DNA of 33,570 nt, taken from a virus. Position numbers and translations under genes: made by a program. The notes under the pieces are model-generated. The model had not been told where the DNA came from and did not search any database. It saw only the letters and a program-made list of their open reading frames with translations. Every line of letters starts with the position of its first letter. The first letter of the stretch is position 1. The DNA lies in the IMG/VR virus record IMGVR_UViG_3300004829_000003; one strand, written 5' to 3'. Shown in pieces: positions 13,065 through 22,926 of this stretch.

Positions 13065-13435
13065 TATGCGTATGGGCTTGCGCCAAGAAGGTCTGTATCC
13101 CATGCTGCCTTTAATTCAGCAATGGTTGAAGCTGACCCAATAGCAGATGCCGCTGGTGCGTCACGCAAAGCATTCTTCTTTGTTACAGAAGCTGTCTTAG
13201 CAGACGCATCATCTGCTTCCATCGCTTTCATATACACAACGTCTTCTGCCTCAAGCAGTGGGCCGCGCACCTCACGAATTTTGTCCTTAAATATCTCCTT
13301 GGCTTTGGTCAGGTCTTCACTAATTACAGTGCCTGACAGTGACCATGCCTCTCTAAAGTCTCTGTTTGCTGGAACGGTAACTTCTGACGCATTAGCCTGA
13401 TTACCGTCTTTATCGATAATATATGTATCAACCAC
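13064..13435 (-). CDS. Hypothetical 123-aa protein (possibly tail-fibre-assembly/chaperone-like)
   Basis: Track ORF located after the fibre-tip genes. The KDKIREVRGPLLEAEDVVYMKAME...LRDAP pattern is reminiscent of DUF4376-type proteins, from memory only. Confidence 0.6.
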   Translation of the reverse strand: MVDTYIIDKDGNQANASEVTVPANRDFREAWSLSGTVISEDLTKAKEIFKDKIREVRGPLLEAEDVVYMKAMEADDASAKTASVTKKNALRDAPAASAIGSASTIAELKAAWDTDLLGASPYA

Positions 13436-13448
13436 GTTTAGTCTCCTA

Positions 13449-13907
13449 TCATGCGGCTAGTTCATCAGAGATACGCCAAGCGTTTCTCCACTCTCTTGTC
13501 TTCGGTAACTGCTCTTTCTTACAGATTACCATCTTCGGGCGGTTGCCCTCATCCCACGACTGCCATACAGACTGTGGTATGTCCTTTTGAATTAAGTATT
13601 CGATTGCTTCTTCTTCTGTCATAGCTGGCATCGGCTCAGTGTTATGCAACAGATAGCCGCGTGTGTGCCTCTTAAAGTCTGGCTGTGCTTCATCTTTTGC
13701 CAGCTCCCAATACACCCAAACAGGAGGAAGTATGCCGCCCTGCATAGCCGCTGCCATCCAGTTAGGGTCAGGAACAAGTATCTTAGCGCACTCATCAACG
13801 CTGTCTTCGTACACCACACGATAGTCTGACTGCACACCGTCTAGATTTTTTTTAGCCCAGCACAGTCTAGTCCAGAGATGTGTATTTTTAAACTTAGGTG
13901 TTTGCAT
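13449..13907 (-). CDS. Hypothetical 152-aa protein
   Basis: Track ORF, coupled at 13907 to the upstream gene. It shares an R-x-x-W-R/REAW-like motif with the 123-aa neighbour. Confidence 0.65.
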   Translation of the reverse strand: MQTPKFKNTHLWTRLCWAKKNLDGVQSDYRVVYEDSVDECAKILVPDPNWMAAAMQGGILPPVWVYWELAKDEAQPDFKRHTRGYLLHNTEPMPAMTEEEAIEYLIQKDIPQSVWQSWDEGNRPKMVICKKEQLPKTREWRNAWRISDELAA

Positions 13908-14296
13908 TAAGATAATTCTCCATGCACTACCATTTGAGATAATGAAACATCTATTCTACCAGCACTCGCGTTAAAAGTGCTGACAGTCACTGTTCCTGTG
14001 CTGAAATCAGAACTGTTGTCATATCCTGTAACTATACTAGCAGAATTTCCCCCCGGCTGATTATGGCTTCCCGAAACTATATATACTGCATTAGCCATAT
14101 TAGTCGTGTAACTTGTTTGCGCCATTCCTGTACCCACGTCACTAATACTGCTTACGTTAAACGAATCTGATATTGCAGTAGTGCTAACTCCTGTATAATT
14201 ATTCCAAGCCTTTGCACTACCATTCACAATGAAGTTAGTGGCAAGTGACCCTGCGGTCGAATGGGTTAGTGTATCCGCTGCGATTGTACCTGCCAT
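13907..14296 (-). CDS. Fibre-tip-like small beta-rich protein, paralog 3 (129 aa)
   Basis: Trimmed to ATG 14296 (TAATG overlap). Motifs MAGTIAADTL, AKAWNNYTG, FNVSSISDVGTG; C-terminus HGELS. Confidence 0.7.
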   Translation of the reverse strand: MAGTIAADTLTHSTAGSLATNFIVNGSAKAWNNYTGVSTTAISDSFNVSSISDVGTGMAQTSYTTNMANAVYIVSGSHNQPGGNSASIVTGYDNSSDFSTGTVTVSTFNASAGRIDVSLSQMVVHGELS

Positions 14297-14703
14297 TATG
14301 CTAAATCTCCAGTCCAATTTGCGTAAACATCGACATCTTGGTAAGCACTAGAACCATATTTATAATTACCCATACCGCTTGTTGATGTTGTATAAGAACC
14401 CCATTGACAAGTTGTAGTAATTAAAACATTAGTACCATTTGAACCTGTTCCTGTATGGTCTGCCGCAGAGAACGGATTTGTAAAGGTAATTGGGTAGTAT
14501 ATACCTGCTCCGCCGTCTGTAACGCTACTTATGTTAAGGCTTCTTACAAAAAAACCTGAAGTTGTAGTGCCGCCGCTAAAGTCACCTGACAAAGAACACT
14601 TTACCAATCCATTTTGCAGTTGCATTGTTATAGAGCCATCAACAACATCCACATCACCAGCGGAAGTCGTGCCTGTGAGTTTGTTTGTTTTTACCTCACT
14701 CAT
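14296..14703 (-). CDS. Fibre-tip-like small beta-rich protein, paralog 2 (135 aa)
   Basis: Trimmed to ATG 14703 (ATGA overlap). Motifs MSEVKTNKL, LNISSVTDGGAG; C-terminus WTGDLA. Confidence 0.7.
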   Translation of the reverse strand: MSEVKTNKLTGTTSAGDVDVVDGSITMQLQNGLVKCSLSGDFSGGTTTSGFFVRSLNISSVTDGGAGIYYPITFTNPFSAADHTGTGSNGTNVLITTTCQWGSYTTSTSGMGNYKYGSSAYQDVDVYANWTGDLA

Positions 14704-15059
14704 GCTAAATCCCCCCATGCAGTAATATAATTTCTGCCAGCATCAATTGCGCTATTAGTAGAGTGGTATGTGCCAAGTCTAAAAGCTGAAGCTGTAGGTG
14801 TATCATTTTGAATACTATGATAAGAATTTGAAGAGACTTGTACACTAAGGTCAGTAGAATTAGTTAGCGCATTAGTTGCGTTTATCCGCGAAAATCCTGT
14901 GCTAACGTCATCAAGGCTGCTTACATTAAAACTGCCAAAAAGACTTGCAGTGCCACTCATAGTAAAATATGACCATACCTTACATGCGCTTTGTTTAGTC
15001 AGTGTTACAGGGCTACTGCCATCTGACGCTACAAGTGTGTCTGCTTTTAATGTACTCAT
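14700..15059 (-). CDS. Fibre-tip-like small beta-rich protein, paralog 1 (119 aa)
   Basis: Starts directly after the tail-fibre stop. Motifs MSTLKADTL, CKVWSYF, FNVSSLDDVSTG; C-terminus AWGDLA. Confidence 0.7.
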   Translation of the reverse strand: MSTLKADTLVASDGSSPVTLTKQSACKVWSYFTMSGTASLFGSFNVSSLDDVSTGFSRINATNALTNSTDLSVQVSSNSYHSIQNDTPTASAFRLGTYHSTNSAIDAGRNYITAWGDLA

Positions 15060-17129
15060 TTAAACCACCGTCCAAGTTTCACCAGTGCCAACGGTTACGG
15101 TAACGCCAGAGTTTATGGTTATCGGGCCAGCACTCATTGCGTTCTTTCCGTTTGTGATTGTGTAGTTTGTTGTCACCGTCTGACCGTTCTCATAAAATAT
15201 CTCATCACTGCCACCGCCTGTTGCGCCAGCCGCAGCCGCCGCTTCCAGAGAGATGTGACCAGTGCTGTTATTATAGGTCAGCACATAATCATCTTGTCCA
15301 GAGCCTACACTCTGGTCTGCATCAAACTCATAGTTGCCTATAAGCACATTGCCTGTGCCGTTGGGGTTGATAGTAATGTCACGATTGCTTGTGCTAACAA
15401 TAGAATGTGTAACAACATCCAAGTTGCCACCAAGTTGCGGTGTGGTGTCGCCTGACAAGTCTGTTGTTACAGTAGCAAAAGATAGATTACCGCCACCATC
15501 TGTTTTCAAGAACTGACCAGCAGAACCATCTGACGTTGGGTGTGACAGGCCATCAAGAATGACTTTACCAGAACCGTTTGGTGTGATGCTAATGTTACCA
15601 TTGGAGACAGAAACAATCGAGTTGCCATTAACATCTAAATTACCGCCAAGTTGAGGTGTTGTGTCACTTACAACATCAGTTATTCCGGGCGAAATAGCTT
15701 CCCAACTAGAGCCATTATAATATTTTAATTGATTAGATGTGCTATTATACGCCAAATCACCTTCATCAAGTGACGTAGTTGGGTCAGAAGAACCAACACG
15801 ATAACGTTCAGCAAAACTGTTTACACCTGTTATGTTTGACGCAACGGTTGTAACATTAGCGTTATTTGTAGCTACTGTTGTTACATTGCTAGATATACCA
15901 GCTACCGTTGATATATCTGCCGCATCCCCAGCAACAGTAGTAACATCGCTCGCAATTCCAGCTACTGTTGTCACATTTGCGCTAATACCAGCAACCGTAG
16001 TTGTGTTTGCAGATATGCCAGCAACAGTAGTTACATTAGAAGCAATACCAGCAACAGTAGTAACATTTGCTGCAATATTTTCTACAGCCGCAACGTCACT
16101 AGATATGCCAGCAACGGCAGTTACATCAGATGCAATGCCAGCTACTGTTGTTACATTTGCAGCAACGCCAGCAACTGTAGTTACATTACTTGATATACCA
16201 GCAACTGTAGTTATGTTCGAGGTTATATCACCAAGAGCATCAATCTCTGTTGCAAGATTAGCAAGAGCATCAAGGTCTGTAACAATAGCAGATGTTGCCA
16301 AAGTATTCATATCAGCAACAACATCAGCAGTTCCAAGAATAGCCATATCAGCTACTGCATCAGCAGTGCCTAATCTTCCAATCTCAGTTGCTTTTGCAGC
16401 AACAGCACCAATATCAGTGGCATCTGCCGCAACAGCACTAACATCACTAGCAATACCAGCTACAGTGGTGACATTACTTGAAATGCCAGCCACAGTAGTA
16501 ACGTTAGAATTAATTCCAGCAACAGTGGTGACATTAGCGGCAATCCCTGCAACAGTATCAATATCTGTAGATATAGCAGCAATAGTATTTACATTGCCAG
16601 TTTGTGGACCAGCTTCTGCTGCGCCTGTTGTTGAGTTAAACGCAAGCACTGTACCTTTGCGAGAATCAACAGCAGGTAATGTAAGTGTTGCATCAAGGTC
16701 AAAGTCAGTTAAGCGTAACGAACGGCTAATGTCATCTTGCAAATCAGCTTGGATGGCAATAACTTTATCGAGTGCAGTGTTTAATGCGCCAACATCGAAA
16801 GGCCCAGAAGAAGGGAAGTCAGTAGTTCGTTCAATATCGATGGAGCGAGTAATAACAATTTTGATATCAGCCCCAGAAGCTGTTGGCACGTTTCCAGTAG
16901 TGAAGTGGATAAAGCCTGTAGTTCCTGAAGTGTGTGCGACTCTTGCTGCTGCATCATTATTATCCGCCGTTAAATAGTGTGTTGTCAGCGTTTTTAATGT
17001 GCCATCCTGATAGACATTCAAATCACCATCATCAAAGAACTCAAACGGCACAGTAAATACTTGCTGCGAATTGCCATCCGCAACCGTGTATTCAATCCGT
17101 GGATCATTATCTGCTAGATTAATAGTCAT
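15060..17129 (-). CDS. Tail fibre protein (689 aa)
   Basis: The N-terminus (IEYTVADGNSQQVFTVPFEFFDDGDLNVYQDG) is typical of podovirus fibre adaptor domains. It has a long decapeptide-repeat shaft and follows the internal virion proteins. Confidence 0.8.
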   Translation of the reverse strand: MTINLADNDPRIEYTVADGNSQQVFTVPFEFFDDGDLNVYQDGTLKTLTTHYLTADNNDAAARVAHTSGTTGFIHFTTGNVPTASGADIKIVITRSIDIERTTDFPSSGPFDVGALNTALDKVIAIQADLQDDISRSLRLTDFDLDATLTLPAVDSRKGTVLAFNSTTGAAEAGPQTGNVNTIAAISTDIDTVAGIAANVTTVAGINSNVTTVAGISSNVTTVAGIASDVSAVAADATDIGAVAAKATEIGRLGTADAVADMAILGTADVVADMNTLATSAIVTDLDALANLATEIDALGDITSNITTVAGISSNVTTVAGVAANVTTVAGIASDVTAVAGISSDVAAVENIAANVTTVAGIASNVTTVAGISANTTTVAGISANVTTVAGIASDVTTVAGDAADISTVAGISSNVTTVATNNANVTTVASNITGVNSFAERYRVGSSDPTTSLDEGDLAYNSTSNQLKYYNGSSWEAISPGITDVVSDTTPQLGGNLDVNGNSIVSVSNGNISITPNGSGKVILDGLSHPTSDGSAGQFLKTDGGGNLSFATVTTDLSGDTTPQLGGNLDVVTHSIVSTSNRDITINPNGTGNVLIGNYEFDADQSVGSGQDDYVLTYNNSTGHISLEAAAAAGATGGGSDEIFYENGQTVTTNYTITNGKNAMSAGPITINSGVTVTVGTGETWTVV
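15822..16595 (-). repeat. About 25 tandem 30-bp (decapeptide NVTTVAGIxS) repeats inside the tail-fibre gene
   Basis: Residues ~179-436 parse into 10-aa units (NVTTVAGINS, NVTTVAGISS, NVTTVAGIAS, DVTAVAGISS...). A degenerate block at residues ~231-303 interrupts them. The repeats generate the antisense 381-aa track ORF. Confidence 0.85.
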
Positions 17130-17171
17130 TCTAGTCCCCTATCATACAAACTATAACAGCTCTACGCACAT

Positions 17172-20100
17172 TTAATAACGTCCTGTGCCAATCATTAACT
17201 CACGCATATCGTTTTTTATCGGCAAAACACCAAGAAACGGCGCAGAATAAAATGCGCCTTGAGCAGCATCATTGTAATTACCATTCAAGAAATCATTAGC
17301 AATTCTATAATAATCCAAAGCAAGCCCAACAGGTGCGCCAAATGGCTCTGTCAAGCTATCAGCTAAACGCTCATCGGGGTCAGGAGATACAAACTTTGGC
17401 GGTATAACAAAATCTTCTGGATTGTCAGATATACCAGCAGCAATACTTAATCCCATATATCCAAGCTCTCCATAAAAACCAACAAGCCCAGAATGATCTA
17501 TGAGTCTAGCCATCATTTCTGGTGAATCTGCCCAGTTTTCTTTTGCTCTCCTCCACCAAAATTTGTCTTTAATGTTAAGAGAAAGATAGCTTAAACCAAT
17601 TAAAGCAACAGCACCCTGTAACCTAAATCTACGGTCAGGGTCTATAACAGCAGACATTATTTTATTGTTTGCGCCAAAAATAAAATTCATAAATGTAAAC
17701 GGTAACGACATTGTGCCAGATTCCATGCGAACCATCTTTACGCCATCAGATGATGCACGTTGATCAATCTCGTACAGTTTAGGAAACTTTTTTCGCATAG
17801 CTTGTGTGTATGCATTGTCCTTTATATAAGCAACGCCATCCATAATAAGCGGTCTATCAAATGCTTGCCCCATAACGACAGCATTGTCTGCATGTGCGGC
17901 TGTTGCGGCTTGATAGCGGCGCAGCATGTCACGCTCTCTAGCTGTAGATGAAGGCCAAGCATCTGTATTGGCTAACAAAAAGTCATCACCTTCAGCGTTC
18001 TGTGTTGGCATGTCATTAACATAATTAGCTAGGTCTTCATCAAAGCCATATCTAAATAAATATTCTTTATCTCTTGCGTCTATTGTGCCATCAGCAAGTT
18101 GTTTAGATAGACGAATAAACTTATCATTTACAAGTATTTGGTCTAAAACCTTAAGAGCAGTTGTAATCGGGCCAAGAAAGTTGGCTGTATAAAAGAAACG
18201 ATTGCCAATCTCTTGCGTTCTTTCCATGCGTGTTGCCTGTACACGTTTTACACTGTCGCCTAGCAACTTACGCATAACAACATTACGAGCCATGTCTAAA
18301 GCAACACCAGCATTTCTTGCTTCTTTAAACACTTGCCCTCGTGTAGTTGAGTCAAGAGCAGCCCATGATGCACGCAACACATCTTTCATGCCGTGAGACA
18401 ATACAATAGTACCTAAGTCAGCTATTGCATTAATACCTGCTTCACCAAGATATGTTACACCAGCCCAGAACTGAGCAAACTTTGATGATGCGTTATCAAA
18501 TCTATCAGGATTGCGAACAAGAGAACCCATAACTCTGTCATATTCACCAGTAAATGCTGCGCGTACATCAGCTATTTGTTCTTCAGTATTGCCATTACGC
18601 CGCATTTCTTTTGCTATATCGCTTAGAACCTCATCTACATCACGCCCCTCAAAAGCACGATGAAACTCTATCTTACGACCAGCACGTTCTGCATAAGTGT
18701 AAAAGACATCCATGTTTTTAACCATGAAGTCATTAATCATCCACTCATCTATATCTGTCTTACGTTTACGCAAATGCTTAGAATTACCAGCAACACCAGT
18801 AGGACGAGCATCTTCCATATCGTCAGCAGACTCTTCCATAATTCGTCTTAATGTTTTTTCTGCGCTTGTTCGTGGCAAAAGCACGCCTTTTTTATCATAA
18901 TGATCAGCAAAGATTTTTGTTAATGCCTCTCTATCTTCTTTACTTTTAAGTTTTAGCTTGTCGTAATAAATAGAGAACACATAATTTTTGCGTGTAGGGC
19001 TATCAAGCAAGTCTTCTAGTTTGCTAATACGGACATCAATATCGTCCATTTCATCGCCAAGAGTTGCTAGTTTACTGGCTTGATTCTTGGATTGACTACC
19101 GCGTGCTTTTACATTGTCTTCAATATCTGCAACAAGTTGAGCCTTTTTAGCTTTAGCTGCCTGTAGTCTAGTAACCTCTGTATTAATTCTTGCATCATCC
19201 ATAAGCAAACCAACATCACGAAAGTCTGCATCGAACTTTTGATAAAAATCTCTAATAAGAGTCGCTGCTTGCTTCTGTTGATTGTCCATAACATCAGCAC
19301 CAAAACGTGGCGTAGGTGCAGTAGAATCAATATGCTTAGTTATTGTGTCTTCAATCCAGTTGTCAAAATCTTTATTAAACGGATTAAAGTCTGCTGCGTA
19401 TGCACCGAAGACTTGTCTTGCTTTCTTGCGTCTGCCATTAGTTATAGATTGTATATGCAAGTCACGAAGACGCTCTTCTAACTGACGAGCAATACCAGTA
19501 TATACAAATGAGCGTTGATACACAGATTGCGTGCCACCTTCAGTTCCCTGCCCACGTAAGCCGATAGAAGAGTTATAAGCAAGTTTAGTTAGTTTCTCTT
19601 TGATGCCAGCACCCAACCACTTTTTGCTGAGTAGACGCTGTATAGGTGAGCCAAAAGGGTTAATTGACTTTGGATTGTATTTATCTTCTGGGTTGATTTT
19701 GAGTTCACCAGTTTCAGAATCAACAAATTGTGCTGGTCTTTCACCTTTTGCGTGTTGTCCTGACTTGCGTACAGTAGAACGCAAGAATGGCATAATGTGT
19801 GGCGCACCCTTGATGACTGGCCCTAACGCTGTTGATAGTGCTGTTGTTGCGCCAATATTCCACGCTGCTTCCCATTCCTCATCAGCTACAGCAAATGGCG
19901 CACGCCTTGCTTCTGATGCAACACCATAAGCAAAACCAGCAGCACCTAATCTACCAGCAGCAGATAAAGCTGTTGCACCAAGACGAGTTACATTAAGCAT
20001 AGGAACAAAAGCAGTAAAGAAAAGTGGGTCAGCAAACCCAGAAGCAAGACTAGCTGTAAATGCACCACGCTCTAAATCGCTACGCCTATCCAAAACATTT

Positions 20101-20384
20101 TGTACTCTTTGTTCTAAAAACCGTAGATGCTCTAAATCTTTTGCTCTTGCTAAGTCATCAAAGTATGGCAGGTATTTATCTTGCACATGGTCTTCAATCT
20201 TAAACGATGGGTCAAAACCTCTTTCACCAAAACGGTATTCCTCTTGCACAGTTTCAATAAGAGGCATGTTGTTGTAAGCAACGCCAGAAGAAAATGTCTT
20301 CCACCAAGTAGGCGTTGTCTCATAACGCATCTCGTTTGGCACAGGTATAAGAAAGTCTTTGCGTGTAGGTTCAAGTTCAATCAT
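17172..20384 (-). CDS. Internal virion / ejection protein (T7 gp16 position, 1070 aa)
   Basis: Size and synteny: the largest gene, between the gp15-position gene and the tail fibre. No catalytic motif recognised. Confidence 0.65.
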   Translation of the reverse strand: MIELEPTRKDFLIPVPNEMRYETTPTWWKTFSSGVAYNNMPLIETVQEEYRFGERGFDPSFKIEDHVQDKYLPYFDDLARAKDLEHLRFLEQRVQNVLDRRSDLERGAFTASLASGFADPLFFTAFVPMLNVTRLGATALSAAGRLGAAGFAYGVASEARRAPFAVADEEWEAAWNIGATTALSTALGPVIKGAPHIMPFLRSTVRKSGQHAKGERPAQFVDSETGELKINPEDKYNPKSINPFGSPIQRLLSKKWLGAGIKEKLTKLAYNSSIGLRGQGTEGGTQSVYQRSFVYTGIARQLEERLRDLHIQSITNGRRKKARQVFGAYAADFNPFNKDFDNWIEDTITKHIDSTAPTPRFGADVMDNQQKQAATLIRDFYQKFDADFRDVGLLMDDARINTEVTRLQAAKAKKAQLVADIEDNVKARGSQSKNQASKLATLGDEMDDIDVRISKLEDLLDSPTRKNYVFSIYYDKLKLKSKEDREALTKIFADHYDKKGVLLPRTSAEKTLRRIMEESADDMEDARPTGVAGNSKHLRKRKTDIDEWMINDFMVKNMDVFYTYAERAGRKIEFHRAFEGRDVDEVLSDIAKEMRRNGNTEEQIADVRAAFTGEYDRVMGSLVRNPDRFDNASSKFAQFWAGVTYLGEAGINAIADLGTIVLSHGMKDVLRASWAALDSTTRGQVFKEARNAGVALDMARNVVMRKLLGDSVKRVQATRMERTQEIGNRFFYTANFLGPITTALKVLDQILVNDKFIRLSKQLADGTIDARDKEYLFRYGFDEDLANYVNDMPTQNAEGDDFLLANTDAWPSSTARERDMLRRYQAATAAHADNAVVMGQAFDRPLIMDGVAYIKDNAYTQAMRKKFPKLYEIDQRASSDGVKMVRMESGTMSLPFTFMNFIFGANNKIMSAVIDPDRRFRLQGAVALIGLSYLSLNIKDKFWWRRAKENWADSPEMMARLIDHSGLVGFYGELGYMGLSIAAGISDNPEDFVIPPKFVSPDPDERLADSLTEPFGAPVGLALDYYRIANDFLNGNYNDAAQGAFYSAPFLGVLPIKNDMRELMIGTGRY

Positions 20385-22477
20385 GGAACCATCTTAACTC
20401 CGCCAGTGCCTTGCTGTGATTGCTGATATCTGTCAGCAGCAGCACGTAAATCTGAAATGTGGTCATTCTGTGATTTTTGATAAGCAAGCTCCATAGCCCT
20501 AGAAACAGACATACCTCCAACAACAAGCGGCCTGTTGTTGCGCATAACAGGAGAGCCATCTGTCTTAACAACATAGTAATATGGCATCTGTGTGCCGCCT
20601 CGTGGGTCTGGAATCAGCTTAACACGCCCACTCTTTAGTGTAAGTGATGGATCAATAGCATTCAGTGCTGCGTCAACATGTAATTCAAAGGTAGGATAGT
20701 ATGCACCATATCTAGCTTCTGGCGAATAACGTGATGTTGCATCAGCATCACCAGTTGGTGAATAGATATGTTTTGACTTAGCAAATATCTTATTCTTTGA
20801 TTGATTTAAAATATCTTTTGTCTTTGCTGAACCGTGTGTGTAAAGCAAAACAGGAATCAAATCTTGAAAGAAAGCTATCTCTTCTCCTGACTTCGCCCCT
20901 GTTTTATTCATAAACGTGTCCATAGTATCACTACCCATAATGCGCTTTACCGCATCACCACGTTCATTAGAAGACATACGCATAAACTCGGCACGTTTTG
21001 TAGCAAAGGTATTCAAGTCCATTGATTGCAATGAACCTGAGTAGGTACGCAACGCTTCCATCTTTACAATAGTTTGATCATCAAGACCGCGTGATGTAAA
21101 CACACCATTTTGAAATGTCATGTTTTCATACAAGCTAAGAAGCTGGTCTGCTTTACCTGATGCGATAGCCATATCATAAAGAGCATCATCTTCAAAAACA
21201 TCACGCAACGGCTTTGGTAAAGGCGAATTACTCATTGCAAGTTGTTCTAAAAGTGTAGTCTTGTCATCAAAAAAGTTAAGCTCAGTGTTAAGTCTATTTA
21301 CGATATCTGCGCCACTCTTAATTCCTTGCTCTTGTAACAACTGTTCTGAACGAGCAGTAGACAAAACACCACCTTCTTGAAAATGGTTGAGCGATACAGC
21401 ATTTTGAAAACGTGTTTTGTTAGTGTTGAATATTTTTTCTCTGTCATTTGCGTATGTACGCAATTCAGTTTTTAACTTACTTCGTACAGCAGCCATATCA
21501 GGGTTAGCAGCAAAGTCTTGTGTAAATCCAATTTGTTCTAACTTTTGTCTGGTATCCGCAGGCAGGTCTTGAATTGTTTCTGGTGATTCCAAAACAGACA
21601 ACATGCTGCGTAACAAGTCTTGCTCTTGGTTGTAATCAGCATACGGATTCAAACTATTCATGTAATCAGCAGCAATCTGACTGGCTATATTTTTTATCTT
21701 GCCGCCATGATATGCAAGTTTAACTGCATTACGCAGTTCTGTTTGTTTACCAAGCTCAAGTCTATTGCCATGTAAATCAATAAATTCTTCGACACTTTCT
21801 TCAATTCTCTGTCGCATTACATCAACAGGAGTTGTTGCTATCAATCCTTCTAAATCTGAATCATCAACCATAATAGGTTGTGACCCAGCGTCAGAAGACG
21901 CTAGTGAAGACATGTGTGCTATAGCTTCATCAAGTTCTGCTGCTTTATTTTTAAAATCAGCTTTCATAGCCGCGTCATACGCTTTGACGCGAATATCAGT
22001 TAAATGTTCAGCTATAGTTGGAGCAGCTATTTCTCTTATATATGCTTCATATCTGGGGTTAAGTTCGGCTGTTTTATCAACCCAACCTTTCATGTCTGCA
22101 TCATATTGGTCTGCTGTAGCAGGGCTGCCATCAGCACGCACTCTCGCTGTTTTAGCTTTGCTCAACAAATCAAGCTTGATTGATGTTTGATATTTTGAAT
22201 CTACAAGCCCTTTGGCTTCACGTTTTGCAACAGGAGACATTGCGTCTGGAATAGCTTTGTATTCAACACGGCCCTCTTCATTACGTGTTTGCAACTGTAC
22301 AGCATACTCACGACCAACCTCTTGCTGTTCGGCTACTGCAAGTTTGTAACCTTGTTCAGCAAGATTGTACCCAGTTTGTTGTAACTGTTGCGCAGCCCTA
22401 ACACCAGCCATGCTTGGCTGGACAATACCAATAGGAGAGACAAGAGGTGTTTGCACTTGGAACTTTTTAATAGCCAT
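20381..22477 (-). CDS. Internal virion protein (T7 gp15 position, 698 aa)
   Basis: Size and synteny; ATGA coupling to the downstream gene. Confidence 0.6.
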   Translation of the reverse strand: MAIKKFQVQTPLVSPIGIVQPSMAGVRAAQQLQQTGYNLAEQGYKLAVAEQQEVGREYAVQLQTRNEEGRVEYKAIPDAMSPVAKREAKGLVDSKYQTSIKLDLLSKAKTARVRADGSPATADQYDADMKGWVDKTAELNPRYEAYIREIAAPTIAEHLTDIRVKAYDAAMKADFKNKAAELDEAIAHMSSLASSDAGSQPIMVDDSDLEGLIATTPVDVMRQRIEESVEEFIDLHGNRLELGKQTELRNAVKLAYHGGKIKNIASQIAADYMNSLNPYADYNQEQDLLRSMLSVLESPETIQDLPADTRQKLEQIGFTQDFAANPDMAAVRSKLKTELRTYANDREKIFNTNKTRFQNAVSLNHFQEGGVLSTARSEQLLQEQGIKSGADIVNRLNTELNFFDDKTTLLEQLAMSNSPLPKPLRDVFEDDALYDMAIASGKADQLLSLYENMTFQNGVFTSRGLDDQTIVKMEALRTYSGSLQSMDLNTFATKRAEFMRMSSNERGDAVKRIMGSDTMDTFMNKTGAKSGEEIAFFQDLIPVLLYTHGSAKTKDILNQSKNKIFAKSKHIYSPTGDADATSRYSPEARYGAYYPTFELHVDAALNAIDPSLTLKSGRVKLIPDPRGGTQMPYYYVVKTDGSPVMRNNRPLVVGGMSVSRAMELAYQKSQNDHISDLRAAADRYQQSQQGTGGVKMVP

Positions 22478-22926
22478 TAGTCAATAGTCCCTGTAGGTGT
22501 AACCTGATGCATTTTCATGCCAACATTAAGGAAGTTTTGCATTGTTTTGTTTCTAGCACTTCTTTTCGCAAAATCTCTATCCATACGAGCTTGTTCTGCT
22601 GCTGTGGCAAACCTTGCCTGTTGACCCAAAGCTCTAATTTCTGAAGCAGCCATACCTTTTCTTGCTTTACCTTTTGCGGTTTTTGTAATTGATTTTATTG
22701 AACGGTCTTGTCTTGCTGTTGTAAGAAGAACAGATTGTTCATACTCATCAAATGCTGCTACTCGTGCATTATGATCTTGCAATGCGCCAAGCTGTGAGCG
22801 TTTCATCTCTTCATAATTTTGACGTTCACGAGAGTTAGCCGCTCCTACAAGTGCAGCTTTTTCATCTTGTATTCCTTTTTGAGTTAGCAGAAAACCTGCT
22901 GCCATCACTGCAATTTCAAAAGCCAT
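22477..22926 (-). CDS. Internal virion protein (T7 gp14 position, 149 aa)
   Basis: Hydrophobic N-terminus MAFEIAVMAAGFLL and a helical, charged remainder. Synteny after tubular protein B. Confidence 0.55.
   Translation of the reverse strand: MAFEIAVMAAGFLLTQKGIQDEKAALVGAANSRERQNYEEMKRSQLGALQDHNARVAAFDEYEQSVLLTTARQDRSIKSITKTAKGKARKGMAASEIRALGQQARFATAAEQARMDRDFAKRSARNKTMQNFLNVGMKMHQVTPTGTID

Noticed and set aside
15832-16977. 381-aa plus-strand ORF (ATVVTL-rich)
   Set aside because: It is antisense to the tail-fibre gene and exists only because the 30-bp tandem repeats lack stops in the reverse frame. The translation is low-complexity and there is no RBS.
13907-17129. Diversity-generating retroelement targeting the fibre/tip genes
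   Set aside because: No reverse transcriptase ORF exists anywhere in the window, and no template/variable repeat pair with adenine-specific mismatches was seen.
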